Part shown: positions 1 to 9,380 of the stretch, in pieces
How positions within the stretch are numbered: position 1 is the stretch's first letter
Layout of the letters: each line of letters opens with the position of its first letter
NCBI GenBank assembly: GCA_000505065.1
Contig: AWSN01000001.1
Location: 487,772 to 551,771, forward strand
DNA length: 64,000 bases
Source: Parcubacteria bacterium RAAC4_OD1_1
GTDB taxonomy: Bacteria > Patescibacteriota > Minisyncoccia > Phycocordibacterales > UBA9973
Direction of reading: 5' to 3'
Made by a program: the position numbers and the translations under genes
Notes under the pieces: model-generated
What the model was told of the DNA's origin: nothing
Database searches by the model: none
The model's input: the letters and a program-made list of their open reading frames with translations, nothing else

Positions 1-360
1 AGCTGCGTCTTGATCTGGATTTTGGACTTCTATTATATCAAATTTTAAATCTTCAGGAATAGCAATATTCTTTTTCTTCATTTCTTTTATCAAATCATTC
101 TTTAACTTAATTGCTCCTTCTCCTGAACGACCAATAATCATACCTGGTCTACCTGTATGGATCATCACCCTTGTTTGTTTTGCATTTCTTTCAATTTCTA
201 CACGAGAAACATAAAAACCCCTTAATTTTTTTTCTAAAAACTCACGAACTATGATATCACTACCAAGAAAATCTTTGTATTTTTTATCACCAAACCAGCG
301 TGATTTCCAATCACGTAGTGTAACTAATCTATGAGCATACGGATGAACTACTTTTGACAT
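1..360 (-). CDS. rpsC: 30S ribosomal protein S3 (N-terminal part; gene runs off the window edge)
   Basis: The minus-strand ORF starting at 360 translates MSKVVHPYAHRLVTLRDWKSRWF..., an S3 KH-domain N-terminus. Its position after rplV matches the S10 operon order. Confidence 0.8.
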   Translation of the reverse strand, partial: MSKVVHPYAHRLVTLRDWKSRWFGDKKYKDFLGSDIIVREFLEKKLRGFYVSRVEIERNAKQTRVMIHTGRPGMIIGRSGEGAIKLKNDLIKEMKKKNIAIPEDLKFDIIEVQNPDQDAA

Positions 361-379
361 ATATTTTAATTAATGGGTT

Positions 380-778
380 CTATTTATCATTTTCTACTTT
401 CTCTGATTTCGACTTTTTTATTACTTTTTTAATTTCTTTTTTTAAAGAAACAACATTCTTTTCTTCGAGATTAATAAGAATATGACTTGTGCGTTTATTT
501 ATACGGGAAGCACTACCACGAGCACGAGGCATTGTTCTTTTCATTACGATACCCTTGTCTACTGTTATATTTTTAACATATAGATTTTCTGTTCCTACCC
601 CTTCTGCTTTTGCATTTGAAACTGCACTTTGAAGCAACTTAGAAACAGGTAAAGATGCTCTCTTTGGTAAAGATTTTAATAATACAAAAGCTTCGGTAAC
701 CCTTTTACCTTTGATAAGTCCAGCTACAAGGGAAACCTTGCGTGGGGACTGTCTGTAATTTTTAAGAAATGCTTTCAT
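380..778 (-). CDS. rplV: 50S ribosomal protein L22 with K-rich C-terminal extension
   Basis: 132 aa in the operon position between rpsS and rpsC, with the L22-like core. Confidence 0.8.
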   Translation of the reverse strand: MKAFLKNYRQSPRKVSLVAGLIKGKRVTEAFVLLKSLPKRASLPVSKLLQSAVSNAKAEGVGTENLYVKNITVDKGIVMKRTMPRARGSASRINKRTSHILINLEEKNVVSLKKEIKKVIKKSKSEKVENDK

Positions 779-797
779 TGTTTAAATTAAATTAAAA

Positions 798-1160
798 TTA
801 TTTTTTAGTATCTGTTGCGGATTTAGCTGCTTTAGCTGCTGATATTTCGGCTTCTTTCTTCTTTGCTTCTAATTCTTTCTGCATCTTACCTCCGTGTCTG
901 ACGAACTTTCTTGTAGGTGAGAATTCTCCGAGTCTGTGTCCCACCATATCTTCTGTAACAAGAACTTCTATATGATGCTTACCATTGTGAACACCAAAAA
1001 CAAATCCTACCATTTCAGGGGAAATAACACATGCACGAGACCAGGTTTTAATAATACCTGTTTCTATAGGCTTTTTCCCTTCTATCTTTTTTAGTAGTCT
1101 TTCGTCTACGTATGGTCCTTTTTTAAGTGATCTTGTCATATCTAAATTAAATAAGCTCAA
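798..1160 (-). CDS. rpsS: 30S ribosomal protein S19 with K/E-rich C-terminal tail
   Basis: The [13 protein letters not shown] and HNGKHHIEV...GHRLGEF motifs fit S19. Confidence 0.85.
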   Translation of the reverse strand: MSLFNLDMTRSLKKGPYVDERLLKKIEGKKPIETGIIKTWSRACVISPEMVGFVFGVHNGKHHIEVLVTEDMVGHRLGEFSPTRKFVRHGGKMQKELEAKKKEAEISAAKAAKSATDTKK

Positions 1161-1260
1161 ACGAGCTGTTCGTCTATATTAGCAAATATAAAAATAAAGT
1201 CAAGCAGAAATCAAAAAACTCCCGTTGGGGAGTTTTTTGATTGATAGATATTCTTTATTT

Positions 1261-2112
1261 TTATTTATTACCTTTAGCTTTACCAACTTTTCGACGAGAA
1301 ACAATCCACATATTTGAATATTTCTTTGGTGTTCTTGTTTTTTGTCCTTTCCCTGTTGGTTTACCCCATAAGGATTTTGCTCTACGAAGACCACGTCCTT
1401 GGCGTCCTTCACCTCCACCGTGTGGGTGATCAACTGGGTTCATTACAGATCCACGAACAGTAGGGCGGATACCCTTCCATCGTGAGCGACCAGCCTTACC
1501 AAGATTTTGAAGTTTGTAATCTGAATTTGAAACTTCACCAATAGATGCCCAAGCACTCTCTGGAACTTTACGAACTTCAGTAGATGGCATTTTGATATTA
1601 GTATAACCAAGATCGTTTGCAACTACCTGGCCATAAGTCCCTGCACCACGGACAAGTTTTGCTCCATTTCCTGCTTTGATTTCAATATTGTAAACGAATG
1701 TTCCAACTGGAATCAAGCGAAGTGGAAGTCTGTTTCCAATAGTAAGAGGAGCTTTTTCACTAACGATAAAGGTATCTCCTGGCTTAACTGATTTTGGTAC
1801 AATCACATATTTCTTCACTCCATCTTTATAGACCGCAAGACCTATAAAAGCATTTCTATTTGGATCGTATTCAATAGAAGTTATTGTCGCAGGAATATCT
1901 TTTTTTGTATACATAAAGTCTACTTCACGATAAAGTCTTTTATGTCCACCACCTTTGTGTCTAGTTGTGATTCTACCTTGATTATTCCTTCCGACAGCTC
2001 TCTTGAACCCATAAGTCAAAGACTTTTCTGGCTTCTTTTTTGAGAGAACTCCACGGAAAGATACAGTGCTTTGATTTCTTCTTGATGGACTTGTAGGATT
2101 ATAAGTTTTCAT
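1261..2112 (-). CDS. rplB: 50S ribosomal protein L2
   Basis: 283 aa. The conserved MNPVDHPHGGGEG motif is present, with a K/R-rich C-terminus. Confidence 0.9.
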   Translation of the reverse strand: MKTYNPTSPSRRNQSTVSFRGVLSKKKPEKSLTYGFKRAVGRNNQGRITTRHKGGGHKRLYREVDFMYTKKDIPATITSIEYDPNRNAFIGLAVYKDGVKKYVIVPKSVKPGDTFIVSEKAPLTIGNRLPLRLIPVGTFVYNIEIKAGNGAKLVRGAGTYGQVVANDLGYTNIKMPSTEVRKVPESAWASIGEVSNSDYKLQNLGKAGRSRWKGIRPTVRGSVMNPVDHPHGGGEGRQGRGLRRAKSLWGKPTGKGQKTRTPKKYSNMWIVSRRKVGKAKGNK

Positions 2113-2113
2113 A

Positions 2114-2449
2114 TTATGCTAGTGTTATTTTATCTCCTTTCTTTAAATATACGACCGCTTTTTTACCACCTCTTTTTACTCCTACTTTTCCACGACGATA
2201 AACTTTTTTATCATTTATCTGTGTAATAGAAATTCTTTCTGGTGTAACGCCATAAACTTCTTTTATAGCTTTTTTTAATTCATTTTTATTTGCTTTATCT
2301 AAAACATTGAAAACATAAGCACCTTTTTCCGAAGAAAGAGCAGACTTCTCTGTTATTCTAGGACCCAAGATAAGTGGATGAGATTTCTTCTCTTCCTTTT
2401 CTTTGGTCACAACCTCTTTTGTATTCTTTTTTATTTTTGTGTTTGCCAT
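2114..2449 (-). CDS. rplW: 50S ribosomal protein L23
   Basis: 111 aa in the operon position between rplD and rplB. Confidence 0.75.
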   Translation of the reverse strand: MANTKIKKNTKEVVTKEKEEKKSHPLILGPRITEKSALSSEKGAYVFNVLDKANKNELKKAIKEVYGVTPERISITQINDKKVYRRGKVGVKRGGKKAVVYLKKGDKITLA

Positions 2450-2451
2450 AA

Positions 2452-3120
2452 TTATTTCTTTTCTATTTTACCACCAAGAAAAGCAATACTTTCTGTTGGT
2501 TGTGAAATTATAATATATTTATGTGATAATAAATCTACTGGACTTACATTTTTAATTTCATCTAATTTTATGTTTGGAATATTTGCAAAACTTTTTTTCA
2601 AGATTTCACTTTTAGCAGGAACAGTCATATAAGCATTTGGTTTTTTACCACCATTTATTTTCTCAAATCCTACTATTTTACTTAGATCAGAAAGTATAAC
2701 TTTTGCATCTTTTGTTTTGATATCTTTTATTGAAAGTTCTTCAACAAAAAGAATTTGTCCTTTGCGTAACTTTTCTGAAAAAACAGTAAAGAGTGCTTTT
2801 GATTTCATCTTTTTGTTTATTTTCTTTGCATAACTTTTCTCATTACGAGGACCATGTGCAATACCTCCACCCACCCAGATAGGTGAACGTGTAGATCCAT
2901 GACGAGCGCGTCCTGTTCCTTTTTGTCTCCAAGGCTTTTTCCCCCCTCCACTTATTTCACCTCTTGTTTTAGTGTGAGCGACAGGTGTACGAGCGTTAGC
3001 TTGCATACCTACAACTACTTGATGAACAAGGTCTCCATTCCAAGGAAGTCCAAATATGGATTCTGGTAAAGAAATTTTACCAACGGATTTTCCTTTTTGA
3101 TTGTATATTTGTGTTTCCAT
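2452..3120 (-). CDS. rplD: 50S ribosomal protein L4
   Basis: 222 aa with a GTGRARHGS-type L4 motif. Confidence 0.85.
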   Translation of the reverse strand: METQIYNQKGKSVGKISLPESIFGLPWNGDLVHQVVVGMQANARTPVAHTKTRGEISGGGKKPWRQKGTGRARHGSTRSPIWVGGGIAHGPRNEKSYAKKINKKMKSKALFTVFSEKLRKGQILFVEELSIKDIKTKDAKVILSDLSKIVGFEKINGGKKPNAYMTVPAKSEILKKSFANIPNIKLDEIKNVSPVDLLSHKYIIISQPTESIAFLGGKIEKK

Positions 3121-3121
3121 A

Positions 3122-3733
3122 TTAGCCTACTATTTCGACAAGTGTCCCACGACGACCCGGAACTGCGCCTTTTACTAATAATTGATTTTTTTCAATATCA
3201 ACTCCAACGATTTCCAAATTCTTAACAGTAATACGATCTCCACCCATACGGCCCCCCATACGCATTCCTTTTGGCACTTTATTACGGAGACCACCTCCGA
3301 TAGATCCATGCTCTCTTTCTGAATGTTTCTGACCGTGAGAACGAGGACCTCCGGCAAATCCGTGACGCTTCACAACACCTTGAAAACCTTTTGATTTTGA
3401 AAGTCCAGAAATCATCACCATATCTCCTTCTTTAAAAAGTGAAACAGTGATTTGATCTCCAACTTTAACTTCTTCAATATCTCTAAATTCTCTTAAGTGT
3501 TTAAAAGCTTTTCCTCCTGAAACAGAAGAAACATGCCCTAGATGTGCTTTATTTGCACGATTTTCTTTTTGATCTTCATAAGCAACCTGCACGGCTGTAT
3601 ATCCATCAGTGTCAGGACTTTTTACTTGAGTGACAAGAAGAGGACCAGCTTCGATAACTGTGGCTGGTACTGCTGTGCCATCTTTTTGAAAACACTGCAT
3701 CATATGCTGTTTTTTACCAAGAATAAATTTCAT
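3122..3733 (-). CDS. rplC: 50S ribosomal protein L3
   Basis: 203 aa with a glycine-rich L3 core, in the operon position after rpsJ. Confidence 0.85.
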   Translation of the reverse strand: MKFILGKKQHMMQCFQKDGTAVPATVIEAGPLLVTQVKSPDTDGYTAVQVAYEDQKENRANKAHLGHVSSVSGGKAFKHLREFRDIEEVKVGDQITVSLFKEGDMVMISGLSKSKGFQGVVKRHGFAGGPRSHGQKHSEREHGSIGGGLRNKVPKGMRMGGRMGGDRITVKNLEIVGVDIEKNQLLVKGAVPGRRGTLVEIVG

Positions 3734-3832
3734 ATATTTAGTTCATAAAGTTATAAGGTTATAAAGTTATAAAGTAAATCCAGAATGCTTTCGCTTTAAG
3801 AACTTTCAACTTTAAAAACTTTTAACTTGCTT
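3734..3832 (-). repeat. Copy A of duplicated ~95-bp intergenic leader (AAAGTNG repeats, AACTTTAT x4), upstream of rplC
   Basis: On the minus strand, alignment with 4205-4291 shows long identical blocks, for example cataaagttataaagt and gaagaactttc. Confidence 0.8.
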
Positions 3833-4204
3833 TTACATCATCTTCACATCTATATCAACCCCTGAAGGAAGTGATAAGTTTGTGAGAGCTTCTATTGTTT
3901 TTGGATTAGGATTCAATATGTCAATAACTCTTTTATGAATTCTAATTTCAAACTGTTCACGAGCATTTTTAAATACAAAAGATGCTCGATTTACTGTATA
4001 TTTCTTAATTTCTGTAGGAAGAGGAATTGGTCCAACGATTTTCGCATCATAACGCAGAGCGGTATCAATAATCTGCTTGACTGAATTATCAAGTATCTTA
4101 TTCTCATATGCTCTAACTCTGATACGAAGACAAGACGCAGTCTCATCCCCCTTTCCTTTCTTTGATTTTGTAACGCCTTTAGGCGATGTAGTCTTTGTTG
4201 TCAT
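3833..4204 (-). CDS. rpsJ: 30S ribosomal protein S10 with ~20-aa N-terminal extension
   Basis: An LRIRVRAYENKILD core follows a K-rich N-terminal extension. Confidence 0.85.
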   Translation of the reverse strand: MTTKTTSPKGVTKSKKGKGDETASCLRIRVRAYENKILDNSVKQIIDTALRYDAKIVGPIPLPTEIKKYTVNRASFVFKNAREQFEIRIHKRVIDILNPNPKTIEALTNLSLPSGVDIDVKMM

Positions 4205-4291
4205 AATAATTATTTATAAAGTTATAAAGTTCATAAAGTTATAAAGTAAATGCCTTTACTTGAAGAACTTTCCACTTTACAAACTTTCCAC
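4205..4291 (-). repeat. Copy B of duplicated intergenic leader, between tuf and rpsJ
   Basis: Same sequence family as 3734-3832; it contains the hairpin aagtaaaggcatttactt. Confidence 0.8.
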
Positions 4292-5491
4292 TTATTTAAT
4301 GATCTTTGTTACAACTCCGGCACCGACTGTCTTTCCTCCTTCACGGATAGCAAAGTGCATTTGATCTTCCATAGCGACTGGTGTAACAAGCTTGACTGAA
4401 AGATTTACTGTATCTCCCGGCATAACCATTTCTACTCCAGATGGAAGTGTAGCCTCACCTGTCACATCTGTTGTACGGATGTAAAATTGTGGCTTATAAC
4501 CTGTAAAGAATGGAGTGTGACGTCCTCCTTCTTCTTTTTTCAAAACATAAACATTACATTCAAATTCTGAATGAGGAGTAACTGATCCTGGCTTTGCAAG
4601 AACCTGCCCACGAGTGACATCTTCTTTCTTGATTCCACGAATAAGTATACCGGCATTATCTCCAGCCATACCCTCTTTTAAGTTTTTGTTGAACATTTCA
4701 ATACCAGTTACTGTTGTCTTTGCAGTATCTTTAATACCAACAATTTCAACATCTTCTCCAACTTTCACAATACCTCTTTCTATTTTACCTGTAACCACTG
4801 TTCCACGTCCTTCGATAGAGAATATGTCTTCGATAGGCATTAAGAATGGCTTTGTAACATCACGTTCTGGAACTGGGATATAAGTATCGAGTGCATTTGC
4901 AAGATCCATAATTTTCTTTGCCCATTCATCATCATTGTTTGCTGATTCTAGAGCTTTCAAAGCTGAACCTCTTATAACTGGTGCATTTACGCCATCAAAA
5001 CCTTGTTTTGTAAGAAGTTCACGAACTTCTTCTTCCACCAAATCAAGCATATCTGGGTCATCCACCATATCGCATTTGTTTAAGAAAACGATAATTTTAG
5101 GAACGTTAACCTGCTTTGCAAGGAGGATGTGCTCACGTGTTTGTGGCATAACTCCATCTGTAGCAGCAACAACAATAACAGCACCGTCCATTTGGGCAGC
5201 ACCCGTAATCATGTTCTTAATATAGTCAGCGTGACCTGGAGCATCAATGTGTGCGTAGTGACGTGTTGGTGTCCAGTATTCATTGTGAGAAAGCGCAATA
5301 GTAATACCACGAGCTTTTTCTTCTGGAGCTGAGTCAATTTGATCAACCCCTTTTATTTTAGCACCGTATTCACCTCCTTGACGAGCTAAAATACTCAAAA
5401 TAGCCGCAGTTAATGTGGTTTTTCCGTGGTCAACGTGACCAATTGTACCCACATTTACGTGTGGCTTGTCTCTGTTAAATTCTTCTGCCAT
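4292..5491 (-). CDS. tuf: Elongation factor Tu
   Basis: [10 protein letters not shown] and DAPGHADY GTPase motifs; 399 aa. Confidence 0.95.
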   Translation of the reverse strand: MAEEFNRDKPHVNVGTIGHVDHGKTTLTAAILSILARQGGEYGAKIKGVDQIDSAPEEKARGITIALSHNEYWTPTRHYAHIDAPGHADYIKNMITGAAQMDGAVIVVAATDGVMPQTREHILLAKQVNVPKIIVFLNKCDMVDDPDMLDLVEEEVRELLTKQGFDGVNAPVIRGSALKALESANNDDEWAKKIMDLANALDTYIPVPERDVTKPFLMPIEDIFSIEGRGTVVTGKIERGIVKVGEDVEIVGIKDTAKTTVTGIEMFNKNLKEGMAGDNAGILIRGIKKEDVTRGQVLAKPGSVTPHSEFECNVYVLKKEEGGRHTPFFTGYKPQFYIRTTDVTGEATLPSGVEMVMPGDTVNLSVKLVTPVAMEDQMHFAIREGGKTVGAGVVTKIIK

Positions 5492-5635
5492 ATGTATTAT
5501 TGGTTGATAGTAAGAATAAAATATATATGAGAAACCATACTTTATTCAAATTACCAACATAAAATTATTAATAATTAATATAGACCATCATCTTATCAAA
5601 TATAAAAAGAAAGTCAACCCCCCACACTATATATT

Positions 5636-5662
5636 AAAACACTCACAATGTGTGAGTGTTTT
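5636..5662. terminator. Bidirectional rho-independent terminator (12-bp perfect stem)
   Basis: The sequence is aaaacactcacaatgtgtgagtgtttt. Confidence 0.7.
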
Positions 5663-5680
5663 AATATTTAAATTCAATTA

Positions 5681-8389
5681 TTAGTTTTCTATATAATCTG
5701 GATCTATTACCTTAACTAATTCATCGGGATCTGAGGAAACAGAACTTCCAGAATCATTAACACAGACCAATTCATAAGTTGTGTCTTCTATGGGGCTTAA
5801 AATATGGGTACCAGATGGGGGAAGCCCTGTAGCTACATTAACCAAAGTATTTGCATTTCTTATTAAACAAGAATTTGTTAAAGAAGAACTCCAAGTAGCC
5901 GTCGCATTAGCACCAATTATTATTCTATCTGTCACAATGAAACTTGAGATAGTTGGAACAGAATCATCTGTAGGAGTAGTAGGGGTAAATGTCGCGGTAC
6001 AAGTTTTATTTGCATCCATAGTCACTTGTCCACTTGCATTGCAATCTCCGCTCCAAGTTAAAGTGTCTGTAGAAGTTGTTGTTGGGAATAATACTACTGA
6101 TGTCCCCGAAGAATATGATTCTGTACAATCAGCAGTTGGACTTATATTACAGTTAATTCCAGTAGGATTTGATATTATAGTCCCATTACCAGAAACTATG
6201 ACACTTAAATTGTAAGACACTGGAGTTGTTGAATTAAACAAAGCTCTAATTGTTCTATTTCTATCTAGCAACAAATATGATGTTGGATTAGCTCCCCCAG
6301 AAACCCAACCAGACCAACCTGCAAAAACAGAACCAGTATCAGGAGTTGCACTTATTCTTACATAAGAACCACTTAAATAACTAGAAGTTACGGAAGTACA
6401 TGTTCCACCACAACTTTTAATTCCATCAGTTACAGTCCCTGTTCCGGTGCTTAATGTATTCTTAGCCATAGTTAATGTTACTGTCGAACTAGTATCCACA
6501 CAAGATCCACTTGCCCAAGTAGACCCAGTAGCACAAACAGCTTGTGCAGTTGCAGTACCAAGTTCTTGAGTATCGTTATAAAGATAAAAAGTCCTCATAC
6601 CTGTTGCTCCTGTTGAAAATGTAGCCGATCCAAAATTACCATTACCAACTACTACATTAATAGGGGTCGTCACTTGTGAAATTCCAACTGGATTTGTAGT
6701 TGACCAAGTAATAGGAATATTACAACTGGTGCCATTAAGTGGTATCGTGCAATTTGTTGCAGTTATCGTACCTATCATATTGCTTGTAGATTTACATGTA
6801 GAAGTTACAGAGTCCCAAGCAGTCCCACTTATACAAGTAGCTGTTGGGGTTTCTTGATCTAAAAGAACTCCGTTATTGTATAAATAAAATGTTCTTGTTG
6901 AATTATAATTGATTGTATATGTTGCACTACTATTATTTCCACTGCCTACAGTAATATTTGTAGGAGTTGTCACAGCAGAAGTTGCAACTGGATTTGTTGT
7001 TGTCCAAGAAAGTGATGTTGTACAAGAACTATTCCCAGCAGAAATTGTACAGTTAGATGTCGTTAGGGAACCAGACATAACGATATTTGACGTCCATATT
7101 GCATAAAGTATCACATTGGATGTACCCATTGTATAATTTGCTTGATCAGCATAGCTTGTCCCCGTTCCATTTGCTAATGTGTTCCACCCAGCAAAAATAT
7201 AATCTGTTCTTGTATATCCATTAGCATTTAAAGCTTTAGTTTCACCTTCAATAAATGTCTGCGTAGCAGTTGATCCACTAGTTGCTCCATTTCCATCAAA
7301 GGTCACGGTGTGAGTATATTTAAAAATCGCCTTGACTGTCTTTGATTTATCCATAGTGACAGCACATTTACCAATAGTATTATTACAATCATCACTAACC
7401 CACCCAGCAAAAACTGACCCAGAATCTGGAGTAGCAGTAAGTTCTACATAGGTTCCAGTTGTATAAGATTGATTACAATCAATTCCACAAGAAATACCTG
7501 TTGGATCTGATGTCACAGTTCCCGAGCCTTCTTTAGTGACAGTGAGAACGGCATTACCCGCCAAAGAATAAATCACATCTATGGTTTTATCTGTATTCAT
7601 TGTGACACTACAAGAAGCACCCACTCCGACAGCACCAGTAGCTGTACATCCATTAGAAATAGAAACAGAGTATCCACTAACCGCAGGAGCATTTATTGTC
7701 ACATCTGTTCCCAAAGTATATGATTCACTACAATCAGCACCACAACTAATACCTCCAGCTGGAGTAGAAGTGATTGTTGCACTATTTGAAGGATCTGTCT
7801 TTGTAACAGTAAGAACTGGATTAGCTGTAAATATCGCATTTGCTGTTTTAGTAGCATCCATAGTGACAGCACATTTACCTACAGTGTTTGTACAAGCACC
7901 ACTCCACCCAGCAAAAACTGACCCAGAAGCTGAAGTAGCAGTAAGTTCTACATAGGTATTAGAAGCATAAGATTCCTCACAATCAATTCCACAAGAAATA
8001 CCTGTTGGATCTGATGTCACAGTTCCCGAGCCTGTTCCTGTTTTAGTGACAGAGAGAGTATAATTAATAACATTTAATTTATAAAAACAAGCCTTAACTG
8101 CTTCTGGAAATGGATCCTCTACACCAACCCCGTCAGCAGTACATACACTACTAGGAAGAGGTGTATTGTTATAATTAAAAGAACTTAAACAGCCAAATGC
8201 AACATTATAACTTCCCGCAGGTAAATTGCTATAAGTTTCATTTTCATCAGCAAATTTTGTATACCCATCTGGTCCAGAATTACATTGTATATTTACTGTT
8301 GCTATATCATCGATTGCAAAAGCCTTGGAAAACATCCCAATGGAAAAAATTAAGACGAAGATAAATAAAAATATTTTTATGTTTTTCAT
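5681..8389 (-). CDS. Large secreted surface protein with several divergent InlB B-repeat-like domains (GWSGAC...GKCAVTMD) and one canonical List_Bact_rpt-like repeat (FDGNGATSG...YAIW)
   Basis: There is an N-terminal signal peptide and Thr/Ser/Gly-rich repeats of about 75 aa carrying the GxGxVxSxPxGISCG...C..SY and AGW motifs. Confidence 0.6.
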   Translation of the reverse strand: MKNIKIFLFIFVLIFSIGMFSKAFAIDDIATVNIQCNSGPDGYTKFADENETYSNLPAGSYNVAFGCLSSFNYNNTPLPSSVCTADGVGVEDPFPEAVKACFYKLNVINYTLSVTKTGTGSGTVTSDPTGISCGIDCEESYASNTYVELTATSASGSVFAGWSGACTNTVGKCAVTMDATKTANAIFTANPVLTVTKTDPSNSATITSTPAGGISCGADCSESYTLGTDVTINAPAVSGYSVSISNGCTATGAVGVGASCSVTMNTDKTIDVIYSLAGNAVLTVTKEGSGTVTSDPTGISCGIDCNQSYTTGTYVELTATPDSGSVFAGWVSDDCNNTIGKCAVTMDKSKTVKAIFKYTHTVTFDGNGATSGSTATQTFIEGETKALNANGYTRTDYIFAGWNTLANGTGTSYADQANYTMGTSNVILYAIWTSNIVMSGSLTTSNCTISAGNSSCTTSLSWTTTNPVATSAVTTPTNITVGSGNNSSATYTINYNSTRTFYLYNNGVLLDQETPTATCISGTAWDSVTSTCKSTSNMIGTITATNCTIPLNGTSCNIPITWSTTNPVGISQVTTPINVVVGNGNFGSATFSTGATGMRTFYLYNDTQELGTATAQAVCATGSTWASGSCVDTSSTVTLTMAKNTLSTGTGTVTDGIKSCGGTCTSVTSSYLSGSYVRISATPDTGSVFAGWSGWVSGGANPTSYLLLDRNRTIRALFNSTTPVSYNLSVIVSGNGTIISNPTGINCNISPTADCTESYSSGTSVVLFPTTTSTDTLTWSGDCNASGQVTMDANKTCTATFTPTTPTDDSVPTISSFIVTDRIIIGANATATWSSSLTNSCLIRNANTLVNVATGLPPSGTHILSPIEDTTYELVCVNDSGSSVSSDPDELVKVIDPDYIEN

Positions 8390-8425
8390 TTGTAAAGTTT
8401 TTAATTAAAAAATAATGCTACTTTA

Positions 8426-8435
8426 ATTATACCAC
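8426..8435 (-). promoter_or_regulatory. Extended -10 (GTGGTATAAT) promoter of InlB-repeat surface protein gene
   Basis: An identical ~19-nt promoter block (ctactttaattataccac) also precedes gene 9381-11672, at 11704-11722. Confidence 0.5.
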
Positions 8436-8518
8436 TTATATTAAAAAAATAAACAAAAAATAGTAAAATCTGAATTTTTACACCCAGAAAGTTATCCACA
8501 GGTTATCAACATTTACTA

Positions 8519-8548
8519 TTGACAACAGGCTATCATTTGTTTGATAAT
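8519..8548 (+). promoter_or_regulatory. Sigma70-like promoter (TTGACA-17-TGATAAT) for lipoprotein gene
   Basis: The sequence is ttgacaacaggctatcatttgtttgataat. Confidence 0.5.
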
Positions 8549-8693
8549 AAAATTAAATAGGGTAAACTATATTTTCTAGTTATCTTTATATAAGAAGACT
8601 GAAAAAATAGAACCTTTGATTCTTGAAACAAATAAGACAGGTATGAAAACAAATCTGTGTACCAAATCCTACAAGGTAGGAAGTTGGTCAAAA

Positions 8694-9335
8694 ATGATTT
8701 TCATCTTCATCCTGCTTTCAAATATCTTTTTTGGATGCATTGAAGATGATTTGGTTCCAATCACTGTGGAACCTGTTGATCCTGTGGTAAAGGTAAATGC
8801 TTATGCATTGCCCGAAAGCATAGAACACGCTGGCAATACCACGCTCTACTGGGAATCCAGTTACGCAGCTTCGGCTACGGCTAATGATATATCAATTCCT
8901 ACAAACGGTTCATGGCCAATTGAAGGACTTGTGTCTGACACAACTTTTATTTTTAAATTTATTGGTTTAAACAAGGAAGTTAAAACCGATACAGTTAGCA
9001 TAAAAGTTGCAGAACCAACGATGTACGATACAATATCCAGTCTTTACTGGGTGTTCCAAGTAAGTAAGGGCCTCGTCAATGGAGAATGGGTATTCGCTTA
9101 TTTTGATGAAGATAAAAGAACCAGAAAATGGTCTTATGAATTAAATAAGAAATACCAAATCTTTAAACAAGATGGTACTCGTGTTGGTAATGGGACATAT
9201 AAAATCAAACAAGATACTATAATATTAGACAATACTAATTGTTCTAAATTTATAATATCATTAGTTGATTCAACTATGACCATATACAATATGAACCTCA
9301 CCGTAATAACATACTATAAAGGTGTGCCGAAATAA
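8694..9335 (+). CDS. Hypothetical lipoprotein (alternative upstream start at 8616)
   Basis: The signal peptide ends in the lipobox-like FFGC. A GGAAG Shine-Dalgarno lies 12 nt upstream of 8694, with a sigma70-like promoter further upstream. Confidence 0.5.
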   Translation: MIFIFILLSNIFFGCIEDDLVPITVEPVDPVVKVNAYALPESIEHAGNTTLYWESSYAASATANDISIPTNGSWPIEGLVSDTTFIFKFIGLNKEVKTDTVSIKVAEPTMYDTISSLYWVFQVSKGLVNGEWVFAYFDEDKRTRKWSYELNKKYQIFKQDGTRVGNGTYKIKQDTIILDNTNCSKFIISLVDSTMTIYNMNLTVITYYKGVPK

Positions 9336-9368
9336 AAAAAAGTCGAGCTTTAGCTCGACTTTTTTATT
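9335..9368. terminator. Bidirectional terminator between convergent genes
   Basis: The sequence is aaaaaaaagtcgagctttagctcgacttttttatt. Confidence 0.7.
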
Positions 9369-9380
9369 TGTTATTTAATA

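Noticed and set aside
4614-5332. Plus-strand ORFs of 67-96 aa inside tuf, and similar antisense ORFs inside hppA, rny, pnp, the surface-protein genes, uvrD and the VirB4 gene
   Set aside because: They are antisense to strongly supported conserved genes, have low-complexity composition and no independent signals. I treat them as artefacts of long open frames.
8492-8512. Perfect DnaA box ttatccaca followed by a 1-mismatch box ttatcaaca, considered as a possible oriC
   Set aside because: There are only two boxes and no AT-rich unwinding element or box cluster. A single perfect 9-mer is expected about 0.5 times by chance in 64 kb. The usual oriC neighbourhood (rpmH, rnpA, dnaA) lies at or beyond the 3' end of the window. 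More likely this is a DnaA-titration or regulatory site, or chance.
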